Shown in pieces: positions 8,960 through 19,183 of a DNA stretch of 64,000 nt; within the stretch, counting starts at the first letter, position 1, and every line of letters begins with the position of its first letter. Origin of the DNA: an uncultured candidatus Porisulfidus sp. (GTDB lineage: Bacteria; Pseudomonadota; Gammaproteobacteria; Poriferisulfidales; Poriferisulfidaceae). Both the position numbers and the translations under genes were made by a program. The stretch is from contig OZ251520.1 of the NCBI GenBank assembly GCA_965242985.1, positions 1,794,235 to 1,858,234 on the forward strand. The letters are read 5' to 3'. The notes beneath the pieces are model-generated. The model saw nothing but the letters and a program-made list of their open reading frames with translations. It was not told the origin of the DNA and ran no database searches.

Positions 8960-11101
8960 ATGAAAATTCGAGACATCCTGTACGAGATCGACAATCAGCA
9001 GATTTTCGTTCCTGCTTTCCAGCGCGAATACGTCTGGAGCCGCGACGACGCGAAATCCCTGATCGATTCGCTCCTCAAGGAATATCCAACCGGCACCATG
9101 CTGACTTGGAAGACATCAAGTCCGCCGGAACTGAAACGTCAGAAGTACGACACAGCGCAAGGCGCCGTCAAACTGATCTTGGACGGACAGCAGCGCATTA
9201 CCACTCTCTACATGCTCATCCGGGGGGAAATCCCTCCGTACTACACCAAGTCGGAGATCGTGAACGACATCCGGGGGCTGCATGTGCAAGTGATGAATCT
9301 CGAGTTGTCCTACTACCAGCAGGTGCAGATGCGCAACGATCCCTACTGGGTAGATCTCACGAGAATTTTCAAAGGAGAAGTCCGCCTGTCCACATTACGC
9401 CGCCAGCTGCGCGAGCAAGGCATTGACCTCAGCGACGATCAAGAGGACCGCATCGAGGAGAATTTGCGAAAAATCGAGATGATTCTCGAGCGGGAATTCC
9501 GCGAGCAGGTGATCCCGGGAAACGCGACCATACGCGATGCCATCGACATCTTCTATAAAGTTAACGCCAGCGGCATCGCGCTCACCGACGCGGAACTGGC
9601 GCTGGCGCAAATTTCCGGCTACTGGCCGCAGGCGCGGTTATCTTTCAAGAAAAAACTAGTCAAACTAGCCGAAAACGGCTTCGTGCTGAAGCTGGACTTC
9701 GTGGTGTACGCGCTGCTCGGCTGCCTGTACCACGCCAGTATGAGCAAGGATCTGCAACGGCTGCACAGCAAAGACAACGACAAGCAGATTCGGCAAGCTT
9801 GGGATGTCTTAAACAACGAAGTGCTGGATTATGTCGCAAATTTCCTCCACGACCGGGCATATGTCGACCACACCGATGAAATCAACTCCATCTACGCGCT
9901 GATCCCGATCATCGTGTTTTTCTACGACAGGCGCGGCCAAACCGTATCCGAGGAACAACTCAACCGGATCGCGAAATGGTTCTACTGCTCGCAGGTCCGG
10001 GGCCGGTACGTCGGACAGATGCAGACCAAACTGCATAAGGATCTTCAGGTGGTCCAAGAATCCTCACGGCCTTTTGAGGAGTTGCTTGCGGTAATTGCGG
10101 AAGAAGAACGCGACCTCACCATCATGCCGTCCGAATTCGTCGGCCGCGGCACAGTTCATCCGTTATTCGGGCTGATGCGGTGGTACTTCAAGAGTCGGAA
10201 CGCTCGGTGTTTCACCACGGGACTCAGCATCCGCAAGAAGATGGGCAAGAAGTACCAGCTGGAGTACGACCACATCTTCCCTTGGGCACGCCTGCGGGAC
10301 GCTGGCTACACCAGGGACAACCGCCTCAAGTACGCATTGGCGCAGGAGCTGACCAATCGCGCCATTCTCACTCGGGTAGCGAACCGGAGGAAGTCCGCGC
10401 GGTCCGCCAAGGAATACCTCGCCGAAACCCGGGGCAAATTCCCCGATGCACTGGAGAAGCAGAGCATTCCGCCGAACGAGGAACTCTGGGAAATCGACCG
10501 CTACGAGGACTTTCTGCAGGCGCGCCGGCATCTGCTCGCCGAACAATTGAACCGTTTCCTCGAGGAACTTACCGCGCCGAACGACGAAGATGCGGCCGGC
10601 GCGATGACCCTGGCCGAACTGATCGCGGACGGCGAGAACGAGGAGTTGGAATTCAAATCCTCGCTGCGCTGGGACTATCGCGCCGGCGAAATCAGCAAAG
10701 CCCTTGAAGCGGTGGCCACCAAAACCGTTGCCGCTCTCGCCAACGCGGGCGGCGGCATGCTGCTGATTGGTATCAACGACGACGGGTGCCCGAAAGGCTT
10801 GGGCAACGATTACGCCTCCCTCAGCGGCGACAAAGATAAGTTCGAGCGGCACCTGCGGGCGCTACTCGGCGATCAGTTCGGAGATGCTTTCGTGGCAAGC
10901 GGCATTAAGATCGATTTCCCAGTTGTCGGAGACGTGGAAATCTGCCAAGTGGATGTGGCGCGTGCCCAAGAGCCGCTCTGGACCACCGTGAGAGACAAGC
11001 ACGGGCAGGCGCAGGAGAAACTGTACGTCCGGAACGGCAATGCTTCGCAGGAACTGGTCGGCGATGACCTCAGCGACTACCTGAAACAGCATTTCTCCTG
11101 A
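8960..11101 (+). CDS. GmrSD-like (DUF262 + DUF1524/HNH-like) protein with C-terminal AlbA_2/Schlafen domain
   Basis: VPAFQREYVW, LDGQQR, FYKVNASG (DUF262); EYDHIFP...N...ANRRKS (DUF1524-like); ENEELEFKSS...AALANAGGGMLLIGINDDG (AlbA_2). Confidence 0.85.
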   Translation: MKIRDILYEIDNQQIFVPAFQREYVWSRDDAKSLIDSLLKEYPTGTMLTWKTSSPPELKRQKYDTAQGAVKLILDGQQRITTLYMLIRGEIPPYYTKSEIVNDIRGLHVQVMNLELSYYQQVQMRNDPYWVDLTRIFKGEVRLSTLRRQLREQGIDLSDDQEDRIEENLRKIEMILEREFREQVIPGNATIRDAIDIFYKVNASGIALTDAELALAQISGYWPQARLSFKKKLVKLAENGFVLKLDFVVYALLGCLYHASMSKDLQRLHSKDNDKQIRQAWDVLNNEVLDYVANFLHDRAYVDHTDEINSIYALIPIIVFFYDRRGQTVSEEQLNRIAKWFYCSQVRGRYVGQMQTKLHKDLQVVQESSRPFEELLAVIAEEERDLTIMPSEFVGRGTVHPLFGLMRWYFKSRNARCFTTGLSIRKKMGKKYQLEYDHIFPWARLRDAGYTRDNRLKYALAQELTNRAILTRVANRRKSARSAKEYLAETRGKFPDALEKQSIPPNEELWEIDRYEDFLQARRHLLAEQLNRFLEELTAPNDEDAAGAMTLAELIADGENEELEFKSSLRWDYRAGEISKALEAVATKTVAALANAGGGMLLIGINDDGCPKGLGNDYASLSGDKDKFERHLRALLGDQFGDAFVASGIKIDFPVVGDVEICQVDVARAQEPLWTTVRDKHGQAQEKLYVRNGNASQELVGDDLSDYLKQHFS

Positions 11102-11117
11102 AATCGCTGCCGCATCT

Positions 11118-11744
11118 GTGTCCGACGGCCCCGCGCCCACCGAACTCAACCTCGACCGCGGCGCGCGCAGCCTGCGGGTGACGTTCGACGACGGCGCCGC
11201 GTTCGAGCTGCCCTGCGAGTACCTGCGCGTGTTCTCGCCCTCCGCCGAGGTGAAGACCGCCCGCGCCCGCGGCGACGTGGTCACCGACAAGCAGGCCGTC
11301 AACATCGAGCGCATCGAGCCCTACGGCGGCTACGCCGTGCGGCTGTACTTCGACGACGGCCACGACACCGGCATCTACTCCTGGGAGAGCCTGTACCGGC
11401 TCGGCCGCGACTACCGCAAGAACTGGGAGCAGTACCGCCTCGACCTCGAGCGCCGCGACCGCGCCGCCGACCCCACCGGCGAGCGCCGGGTGACGGTGCT
11501 GCTGTTCGCCACGCTGGCCGAGAAGCTCGACGCCGAGAAGCTGGAGGTCGCCCTGCCGAACACCGTGCGCACCGTGGCCGAACTGCTGCACCAGCTGCGC
11601 CGCCGCGGCGGCGCCTGGAAGGACGCCATCGATCCGGCGCGCCTCACCGTCACCGTCAACCGCCAGTTCGCCGAGTCGACCATCAAGCTGCGCCACGGCG
11701 ACGAGGTCTCCCTGACGCCGATCTACCCCAAGGCGCCGGACTAG
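11118..11744 (+). CDS. DUF971/GBBH-like N-terminal domain fused to a MoaD/ThiS-like domain
   Basis: LPCEYLRVFSPSAEV, YAVRLYFDDGHDTGIYSW followed by VLLFATLAE...VTVNRQF...LRHGDEVSLTP. Confidence 0.85.
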   Translation: MSDGPAPTELNLDRGARSLRVTFDDGAAFELPCEYLRVFSPSAEVKTARARGDVVTDKQAVNIERIEPYGGYAVRLYFDDGHDTGIYSWESLYRLGRDYRKNWEQYRLDLERRDRAADPTGERRVTVLLFATLAEKLDAEKLEVALPNTVRTVAELLHQLRRRGGAWKDAIDPARLTVTVNRQFAESTIKLRHGDEVSLTPIYPKAPD

Positions 11745-13063
11745 CCCGCGCCCAGCTCCGCCAGCAGCACGCCGGTGGCGGCGCAGGTCAGCAGCACCGG
11801 CACCATCGGCACCCGGCCCGCGGTCAGCGCCAGCAGCGCCAGGCCCGTCATCAGCGCCATGCCCCAGTCCGGCGGCGCGTCCCAGCCCCGCGTCCACACC
11901 ACGTGCCCGGCGAAGTGCGCGGCCAGGTTCAGCATCACCCCGACCACCGCCGCGGTGATCACCCTGAGCGGCGCGGTCAGCGCCGGGCGGCCGCGCAGGC
12001 GCTCGATCAGCGGCGCGCCGACGAAGATGAACAGGAACGACGGCAGGAACGTGAACCAGGCCGCCACCAGCGCGGCCGCGGCGCCGGCGGCCGCGGCGCG
12101 CTCCGCGCCCAGCAATTCCGCCTCGTATCCGCCGATGAAGGCGACGAAGGAGCCGATCAGCACCAGCGGCCCCGGGATCAGCTCGCGCAGCGCCAGGCCG
12201 TCGATCATCTGCGCCGCGGTGACCCACTGCAGCTGCTCGACCGCGACCTGGTGGACGTACGGCAGCACCGCGTAGGCGCCGCCGAAGGACAGCACCGCGG
12301 CCTTGCTGAAGAACGCCGCCATCGCCGCCAGCATGCCGCTGCCGTCGAGCAGCCCGGCGGCCGCGTAGGCCGCCAGCCACAGCGCCGCGCCGAGCGCCAG
12401 AATGCGCGCCGCCTGCGCGCGCGTCAGCGCCGCCCCGCCGCCGCCGGCCTCGTCCCCGGCGGCGTCTTCCTCCGCGGGCGCGGCGATCCAGCCCGGCGCA
12501 TAGCGGTGCGCCGCGGCGCCCAGGGCGCCGGCGGCGAGGATGACCAGCGGGAACGGCAGGCCGAACGCGAACAGCCCGAGGAACGCCGCCGCCGCGGCCG
12601 CCCACAGCAGCGGCCGGCGCAGCGTCCGGCGGCCGATGCGCCAGATCGCGCACAAGATCACCGCGGTGACCGCGGGCTTGACGCCGCTCAGCAGCGCCGC
12701 CACCCAGCCGACCTCGCCGTAGGCCAGGTACAGCCAGGCCAGCGCGATGATCATCGCCAGCGACGGCAGGACGAACAGCGCGCCCGCGACCAGCCCGCCC
12801 AGGCGGCCGTGCAGCAGCCAGCCGACGTAGGTCGCCAGCTGCTGCGCCTCCGGCCCCGGCAGCAGCAGGGTGTAGTTGAGCGCGTGCAGGAAGCGCCGCT
12901 CCGAGATCCAGCGCAGCCGCTCGACCAGCTCCAGGTGCATGACGCCGATGGCGCCGCCGGGGCCGCCGAAGCTCAGCAGCCCCAGCCGCAGCCAGTAGCG
13001 CATCGCCCGCGCCCGCCCCGGCCGGGCCGGCGAATCTTTGCCGGGCGCGGTCATCTGTGGCAC
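11741..13063 (-). CDS. chrA: Chromate efflux transporter (CHR family)
   Basis: GLLSFGGPGG, LLPGPEAQQLATYVGW, LSFGGAYAVL, IPGPL; start codon uncertain (13063/13054/13003). Confidence 0.9.
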   Translation of the reverse strand: MPQMTAPGKDSPARPGRARAMRYWLRLGLLSFGGPGGAIGVMHLELVERLRWISERRFLHALNYTLLLPGPEAQQLATYVGWLLHGRLGGLVAGALFVLPSLAMIIALAWLYLAYGEVGWVAALLSGVKPAVTAVILCAIWRIGRRTLRRPLLWAAAAAAFLGLFAFGLPFPLVILAAGALGAAAHRYAPGWIAAPAEEDAAGDEAGGGGAALTRAQAARILALGAALWLAAYAAAGLLDGSGMLAAMAAFFSKAAVLSFGGAYAVLPYVHQVAVEQLQWVTAAQMIDGLALRELIPGPLVLIGSFVAFIGGYEAELLGAERAAAAGAAAALVAAWFTFLPSFLFIFVGAPLIERLRGRPALTAPLRVITAAVVGVMLNLAAHFAGHVVWTRGWDAPPDWGMALMTGLALLALTAGRVPMVPVLLTCAATGVLLAELGAG

Positions 13064-13104
13064 ACTACGGCGCGATCGCCCAGCGGCTTCCGGGAGGCAC
13101 CGCC

Positions 13105-13422
13105 ATGTCCGACGACATCACATCCCGCTCCGGCGCCGTGGTCGGCCGCTGGGACGGCCAAGACGTGCAGGCCCTGCAGCAGGAGCTCGCGCGCATCAAG
13201 CGCGAGGTCCAAGGCGACCGGGTGGAGCCCGGCGGCGTGCCGCACCGCGACCAGCTGCCGGAAGACCTGCGGGACTTCACCGCCTACATCCTCTGGGGCT
13301 GCGACGCGAACGGGGTGTGCCTGGTCGGCTCCGGCGCCAACCGCACGGAGACGGTGGCCTCGATCCGCGAATTCTACGCCAACGACATCGCCAAGGACGC
13401 GATGGCCCGGCACGACGGGTGA
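13105..13422 (+). CDS. Hypothetical protein (105 aa)
   Basis: GGAGG RBS before ATG 13105; globular composition. Confidence 0.7.
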   Translation: MSDDITSRSGAVVGRWDGQDVQALQQELARIKREVQGDRVEPGGVPHRDQLPEDLRDFTAYILWGCDANGVCLVGSGANRTETVASIREFYANDIAKDAMARHDG

Positions 13423-13439
13423 CCCCGCGCGCCCGGGGC

Positions 13440-13781
13440 CTAGTTGACGCGGCCGGGGTCCGCGGCCAACAGCCCGGCCAGGGACGGCTGCTGGTCGACC
13501 TGGATCTCCAGCTCCTCGCCGAGCGGCAGGTCGCCGTCGCGCACCAGCGGCAGCAATTGCTCGCCGACCTGCAGCACCAGCAGCATGCCCTGGCGGTTGG
13601 GGTCGTTCTCCTCGGCCGCCCGCGCAGCGGCGCGCAGCCGCTCGAGGTAGTCGGCGAGGTCCGCCGCCTGCGCCGGGCGCGCCAGCGCCCGGAACGCCTC
13701 GGTGAACGACAGCCGCAGCGTGAAGCCGCCGCCGTCCTCGGCGGCCTCGGAGCGGATGCGGAGCGGTCCCTCGATGAGCAT
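13440..13781 (-). CDS. Hypothetical protein (113 aa)
   Basis: ATG ORF, normal composition, convergent with the previous gene. Confidence 0.65.
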   Translation of the reverse strand: MLIEGPLRIRSEAAEDGGGFTLRLSFTEAFRALARPAQAADLADYLERLRAAARAAEENDPNRQGMLLVLQVGEQLLPLVRDGDLPLGEELEIQVDQQPSLAGLLAADPGRVN

Positions 13782-13834
13782 GCGCGCGCCGGCCGCGCGG
13801 CGGCCGGGCGCGCATTGTACCGGGCGGCGCGGCC

Positions 13835-14938
13835 GTGAAGGCCTACCTGGTCGGCGGCGCCGTGCGCGACGAGCTGCTGGGGCGGCCGGCGGCGGAGCGC
13901 GACTGGGTGGTGGTCGGGGCGACGCCGGCGGAGCTGCTCGCGCGGGGCTACCGCGAAGTCGGCCGCGACTTCCCGGTGTTCCTGCACCCGGAGACGCATG
14001 AGGAATACGCGCTGGCGCGCACCGAGCGCAAGACCGGCCCCGGCTACCGCGGCTTCGCGGTGCAGGCCGGGCCCGAGGTGACGCTGGAGGACGACCTGCG
14101 CCGGCGCGACCTGACCGTCAACGCCATGGCCCGGGACGCCGACGGGACGCTGATCGACCCGCGCGGCGGCCGCCGCGATCTGGAGGCGCGGCTGCTGCGC
14201 CACGTGTCGCCGGCGTTCCGCGAGGACCCGGTGCGGGCGCTGCGGACGGCGCGCTTCGCGGCGCGCTTCCGCCCGCTGGGCTTCCGCGTCGCCGACGAGA
14301 CGCGGGAGCTGATGCGCGCCATGGCCGCCGGCGGCGAACTGGCGGCGCTGGTGCCGGAGCGGGTGTTCCGGGAATTCCGCAGCGCGCTGGCGGAGCCCGC
14401 GCCGGAGGCGTTCGTCGAGGTGCTGGCGGACTGCGGCGCCTGGGCCGCGGTGTTCCCGGAGCAGCCCGAGCCGCGGCGGGTCGCGGCGCTGCTCAAGCGC
14501 GCCGCGGCGGCCGGCCTGTCCCCGCCCGCCCGCTTCGCCTGCGCCGCCTGGCCGGCGCGCGGCGCCGGCGCGTTCTGCCGGCGGCTGCGCGCGCCGCGCG
14601 CGCTGCACCGCGCCGCGGGTCTGCTGCAGGAGCACTACCCGCGCTTCGCCGGGCTCGACCCGGACGACCCGGAGGCGCTGCTGGCGCTGGTCGAGGCGCT
14701 CGACGGCGCGCGGCGCCCGGAGCCGGCGGCAGACTTCCTCGCCGCCGCCGAAACGGTCGCGGCCGAAGAGGGGGCCGGCCGGGCCCGCGCCGGAGGCGCC
14801 CTGCGCCGCGCGCTGGCGGCGGTGCGGAACTGCGACGAGCGCGCCGCCGTCGCGCGCGCCGGGAGTCCGGCGGAAATCCCCGCCGCCGCGCGCGCCGCGC
14901 GGCTCGAGGCGGTGCGCGCGGCGCTGGCCGGCGGCTAG
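13835..14938 (+). CDS. cca: CCA-adding tRNA nucleotidyltransferase
   Basis: [48 protein letters not shown]. Confidence 0.95.
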   Translation: MKAYLVGGAVRDELLGRPAAERDWVVVGATPAELLARGYREVGRDFPVFLHPETHEEYALARTERKTGPGYRGFAVQAGPEVTLEDDLRRRDLTVNAMARDADGTLIDPRGGRRDLEARLLRHVSPAFREDPVRALRTARFAARFRPLGFRVADETRELMRAMAAGGELAALVPERVFREFRSALAEPAPEAFVEVLADCGAWAAVFPEQPEPRRVAALLKRAAAAGLSPPARFACAAWPARGAGAFCRRLRAPRALHRAAGLLQEHYPRFAGLDPDDPEALLALVEALDGARRPEPAADFLAAAETVAAEEGAGRARAGGALRRALAAVRNCDERAAVARAGSPAEIPAAARAARLEAVRAALAGG

Positions 14939-15717
14939 GCCGCGAACAGCAGCAGCGCGGTCCCCAGCGCCACCCGGTACAGCGCGAACGGCAGCATGCC
15001 GATGCGCTCGATCAGGCGCAGGAAGAAGTGGATGCAGAGCCAGCCGGCGGCGCCCGCCGCCAGCATGCCGAACAGCAGGACGCCGAGGTCCGGCGCCGGC
15101 GCGCCGGCGGCGGCCTCGCGCGCGGACAGGGCGCCGGCCGCGGCCACCGTCGGCAGCGCCAGCAGGAACGCGGCCCGCGCCGCCTCGGCGCGCCCGAGGC
15201 CCAGCAGCAGCGCCGCGGTCATGACGATCCCGGCGCGCGACACGCCGGGCGCCAGCGCCAGGCACTGCGCCAACCCGAGCGCGAGCGCCCCGCCCCAGCC
15301 GAGGTCCGCCAGGCCGCGCGCGCGCGCGTTGCGCGCGTCCGCCCACCACAGCAGCACGCCGAAGCCGAGCGTGGTCCAGGCGATGAACGCGACGTCGCGC
15401 AGCGCGGTCGACGCGAAGTCGTACAGCAGCGGCCCGGCGAGCAGGATCGGCGCCGTGGCCAGCAGCAGCCAGCGGAGCTCGCGCCGCGCCGCGCCGCCGG
15501 CCGCCCCCAGGCGCAGCCAGCCGGCGAGCTCGCGGCGGAAGTAGAGCGCGAGCGCCGCCAGCGTGCCCACGTGCACCGCCACGTCGAACACGTGCCCCTG
15601 GTCCGGCCAGCCGAGCAGCGCCGGCGCCAGCGCCAGGTGCGCGGAGCTCGACACCGGCAGGAACTCGGTGGCGCCCTGCAGCAGCGCCAGCGCCAGCGCC
15701 TGGGCCCAGTCCGTCAC
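14935..15717 (-). CDS. uppP: Undecaprenyl-diphosphate phosphatase
   Basis: [33 protein letters not shown] start at 15717. Confidence 0.93.
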   Translation of the reverse strand: MTDWAQALALALLQGATEFLPVSSSAHLALAPALLGWPDQGHVFDVAVHVGTLAALALYFRRELAGWLRLGAAGGAARRELRWLLLATAPILLAGPLLYDFASTALRDVAFIAWTTLGFGVLLWWADARNARARGLADLGWGGALALGLAQCLALAPGVSRAGIVMTAALLLGLGRAEAARAAFLLALPTVAAAGALSAREAAAGAPAPDLGVLLFGMLAAGAAGWLCIHFFLRLIERIGMLPFALYRVALGTALLLFAA

Positions 15718-16850
15718 AGGCGGTTGCGGTGGTCCGGGCAGACCCCGCGCGGCAGCGGCAGCTCGGCGCCGCGGCCGAGCACCAGCGCCCGGAAGCGCTC
15801 GCCCATGCGCTCGGGGTGCAGCAGCGTCGCGAGCTCGCCGCGCCGCGCCAGGCGGCCGGCCTCGCCGTCGGCTTCGGCGGCGAACTCCAGCACGCCGTGC
15901 TCGAGCAGGAAGCCGGCCTGGGTGGTGAACAGCAGCACCTCGAGGCCCAGCTCCGCCGCGGTCTCGGCCGCCGCGGTGAAGTCCACGTCGACGCTCAGGT
16001 CCTGGCGCCCGGCGGCGGCCAGCGGATCCGGCGCCACGCGCTGCCCGGCGTGCGCCCGCAGGGTGCCGGCGCGGCGCTCGGGGTGGTAATACTCGCGGCG
16101 CGGGTAGCCGTAGTCGATCAGCAGCACGAAGCCCCGCCGCAGGCGGCCCGCGACCTCCTCCAACCAGCCCCGGTGCGCGTCCGGGCGCAGTTCCGAGCGG
16201 TAGCCTGGGGCGGGCAGGCCGCCGGCCGCGGCATGGGCCGCCGCGGCCGCCGCCGCCAGGTCCGGCGCGTCCGCCAATTCCCAGGCCAGCCCGCCGGCGG
16301 CGGCGCCGACCCGCCGCTCGCGCACGCCGGCCGCGGCCACCTCGTAGCAGCGCGCCGGATGCGAGTCCAGGAACTCGTTGGCGAGCACCACGCCGGCGAA
16401 GCCGTCCGGCAGCGCCGGGCTCCAGGCCGCGGGCGGCGTCCAGGCCGCCAGCGTCCGCCGCTGCCGCGCGCGCAGCCCCGCCGCGCGCTCGAGCAGGACA
16501 TAGCGCGCCGGCGGCGCCGCGAGCGCCGCCAGCAGGTCCGCCGCGAGGCGGCCGTCGCCGGGGCCGTACTCGGCGATCGAGTCCCCGCCGCAGGCGGCCA
16601 GCGCGCGGGCGCAGAAATCCGCCAGGCAGCGCGCGAACAGCCCGCCCAGGCCGGGCGCGGTCACGAAGTCCCCGTCCTTCCCGAACACCGCCTCGCCGCG
16701 CTCGTAGTAGCCGAGCCCCGGCGCGTACAGCGCCTGCTCCATGAACTCGTCGAAGCGCAGCGGCCCGCGGTCGCGGATGCGCGCCAGCAGCCGCGCGCGC
16801 AGCTCCCCGGAGGAGGAGGCGGAAACGGCGGGCGCGGCGGGGGCGGTCAT
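15714..16850 (-). CDS. MidA/NDUFAF7-family SAM-dependent methyltransferase
   Basis: GPLRFDEFMEQALYAPGLGYY, GDFVTAP, EYGPGDG, ANEFLD, LLIDYGY, QDLSVDVDF. Confidence 0.9.
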   Translation of the reverse strand: MTAPAAPAVSASSSGELRARLLARIRDRGPLRFDEFMEQALYAPGLGYYERGEAVFGKDGDFVTAPGLGGLFARCLADFCARALAACGGDSIAEYGPGDGRLAADLLAALAAPPARYVLLERAAGLRARQRRTLAAWTPPAAWSPALPDGFAGVVLANEFLDSHPARCYEVAAAGVRERRVGAAAGGLAWELADAPDLAAAAAAAHAAAGGLPAPGYRSELRPDAHRGWLEEVAGRLRRGFVLLIDYGYPRREYYHPERRAGTLRAHAGQRVAPDPLAAAGRQDLSVDVDFTAAAETAAELGLEVLLFTTQAGFLLEHGVLEFAAEADGEAGRLARRGELATLLHPERMGERFRALVLGRGAELPLPRGVCPDHRNRL

Positions 16851-16875
16851 GGCGGCGGGGGCGGCGTCCCTTATT

Positions 16876-17655
16876 ATGGCGGCTCCGATGGCCGCCCCGC
16901 CCGCCTCCCCGACCGGCCGCAGCCTCGACGGCCGCGCCGTGCTGGTCACCGGCGCCGCGCGCCGCCTCGGCGCGGCCGTCGCCCGCCGCCTGCATGCCGA
17001 CGGCGCCGCCGTGGCGGTCCACTGCCGCCGCTCGGTGGCGGAGGCGCACGAACTGGCGGCGGAGCTGTGCGCGGCGCGCCCGGACTCGGCGACCGTGATC
17101 ACCGGCGACCTGGCCGACGCGCAGAGCGCGCCCGCGGTGGCGGCGGCGGCCGTCGCGGCCTTCGGCCGCCTCGACGCGCTGGTGAACAACGCCGCGGCGT
17201 TCGCGCCCGGCGGCGCGGCGCCCGCCGACCTCGCGGTGTGGGACGAGGCGCTGGCGGTCAACGCGCGCGCGCCCTGGCTGTTGGCGGAGGCGGCGGCGCC
17301 GGAACTGCGCGCCCGCGGCGGCTGCGTGGTCAACATCCTCGACATCTACGCGCGGCGGCCGCTGCCGGGCTACCCGGCCTACAGCGTCAGCCAGGCGGCG
17401 CTGGCCGGGGTCACCCGGGCGCTGGCGCTGGAGCTCGCGCCCGCGGCGCGGGTCAACGGCGTCGCGCCGGGCGCGATCCTGTGGCCGGAGGCGGACGACG
17501 GCCGCGACCGCGAAGCGATCGTCGCCGACACCGCGCTGGGGCGCGAGGGGGAGCCGGCCGACGTGGCCGCGGCGGCGCTATTCCTGATCCGCGACGCGAC
17601 CTACCTCACCGGCGAGATCCTGGCCGTCGACGGCGGGCGCAGCCTGCGCTTCTGA
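16876..17655 (+). CDS. folM: Pteridine reductase / dihydromonapterin reductase (SDR)
   Basis: VTGAARRLG, LVNNAAAF, YSVSQ (YxxxK-like), VNGVAPGAILWP; next to folK/folB. Confidence 0.85.
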   Translation: MAAPMAAPPASPTGRSLDGRAVLVTGAARRLGAAVARRLHADGAAVAVHCRRSVAEAHELAAELCAARPDSATVITGDLADAQSAPAVAAAAVAAFGRLDALVNNAAAFAPGGAAPADLAVWDEALAVNARAPWLLAEAAAPELRARGGCVVNILDIYARRPLPGYPAYSVSQAALAGVTRALALELAPAARVNGVAPGAILWPEADDGRDREAIVADTALGREGEPADVAAAALFLIRDATYLTGEILAVDGGRSLRF

Positions 17656-18132
17656 GACCCGGCGCATGGCGCAGGGGCGCTCGGCGCGCCAGCGCGCCCA
17701 CAGCCGCGCGATCGGCGTCCCCGACACCGGGTGCGCCAGGTCGCCGCAGATCTCCGCCAGCGGCCCGAGCACGAACTCGTGGTCGAGGATCTCCGGGCGC
17801 GGCAGGCTCAGCGCGCCGTCCGCCAGCACCAGGTCGCCGTACAGCAGCACGTCCAGGTCGATGGTGCGCGAGACGAAGCGGTCCTTGCCGCGCACCCGCA
17901 GCAGCTCGTCCTCGATGGCGCGCAGCGCGGCGTTGATGCGCTGCGGCGGCTCCGGCGTGTCGAACGCCACCACCATGTTGTAGAAGTCGTCGCCGTCGAA
18001 GCCGAGCGCCGGCGAGCGGTACAGCGCGGATTCGGTCAGCGGCCCGTAGCGGTCGCGGAGCAGCGCCCGCGCCCGCGCGATGTTGCTGTCCCTGTCGATG
18101 TTGCTGCCGAGGCTGACGAACACCCGCGCCAT
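17578..18132 (-). CDS. folK: 2-amino-4-hydroxy-6-hydroxymethyldihydropteridine diphosphokinase
   Basis: VSLGSNI, FYNMVV, SRTIDLDVLLYG, FVLGPLAEI; TGATG overlap with folB. Confidence 0.93.
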   Translation of the reverse strand: MARVFVSLGSNIDRDSNIARARALLRDRYGPLTESALYRSPALGFDGDDFYNMVVAFDTPEPPQRINAALRAIEDELLRVRGKDRFVSRTIDLDVLLYGDLVLADGALSLPRPEILDHEFVLGPLAEICGDLAHPVSGTPIARLWARWRAERPCAMRRVSEAQAAPAVDGQDLAGEVGRVADQE

Positions 18133-18482
18133 CACTTGCCCCGCTCGATGAGCACGCCCACGTCCTGCGCGGCGCGCACCGCGAACGGCTTGGCGATCCG
18201 CAGCCGCAGCCAGCCGATCTTGAACTCCTTGCGCACCATGGCGGCGACCTCCTCGGCCAGCGTCTCGACCAGGTGGTGCTCGCTCGCCTCGACCAGCTCG
18301 ACCACGCGCCGGGAGATCTCCTTGTAGTCGACCGCGTCCTTGAGCTGGTCGCTCTTGGCGGCCTTGGCGGCGTCCGCCTTGAGCTCCAGGTCCAGCACCA
18401 GGTTCTGGCGGATCTGGCGCTCCCAGTCGAACACGCCGATGGTGGCCTTGGCCTTCAGGCCCCGGATGAATACGATGTCCAC
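18132..18482 (-). CDS. folB: Dihydroneopterin aldolase
   Basis: DIVFIRGL...IGVFDWERQIRQ, VDYKEI, LVETLAEEVA, VGVLIERG. Confidence 0.95.
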   Translation of the reverse strand: MDIVFIRGLKAKATIGVFDWERQIRQNLVLDLELKADAAKAAKSDQLKDAVDYKEISRRVVELVEASEHHLVETLAEEVAAMVRKEFKIGWLRLRIAKPFAVRAAQDVGVLIERGK

Positions 18483-18582
18483 GGGAATCGGGGGAAGTTT
18501 CCGGGTACTTTAACACAGGGCGGGCGATGTGCGGTAAAATCGCCGTTCGCCCATGCCGGCGCGCCCGACGCGCCGGCCGATT

Positions 18583-18670
<88 letters not shown>

Positions 18671-18836
18671 GCGCTGCGGCGAACAGCGCCCCGCCGCAAT
18701 CGCCCACGCGCCGGCTAACAACTGTACGCCGGGACCGCGCGCCGGCGCGCCCCACGGAACGCTAGAGGTACACTCGTCCGCGCGAGCGCGCGGTTCCGGC
18801 CGCGCACTCCGCCCCGCCACTTTCAGGAGACCGCAC

Positions 18837-19106
18837 ATGGATATCGTCGACCGCTGCCAGATCGCCCGGGACGACATGGAGCTAGTGCGCCGGCTGTCCG
18901 GCATGCTTTCCAACCTGCAGGCCGGCACGGCCTACCTGGACAACGACCCCGACTTGCCGGCGCAGTTGGAAGAAGAGTACCAGCAGATGGCTGAGAAACT
19001 GGACCGGCTGGCGGCCACCGCCCAAGAGCTGTTTTCGGAATCGGAGGGCTGGCTGAAGAGAGTGGAAGAGAAAACGCACGATGGCGGCGGCGCGGAACCC
19101 GCCTGA
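18837..19106 (+). CDS. Hypothetical helical protein (89 aa)
   Basis: AGGAG RBS before ATG 18837; acidic amphipathic composition. Confidence 0.55.
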   Translation: MDIVDRCQIARDDMELVRRLSGMLSNLQAGTAYLDNDPDLPAQLEEEYQQMAEKLDRLAATAQELFSESEGWLKRVEEKTHDGGGAEPA

Positions 19107-19183
19107 ACGGATGCCGCACTGCTGGCCGGACACGATCAGTCGATTATCAACTTAGAGTCCGCGCAACCCTGCGAAATCCGGCC

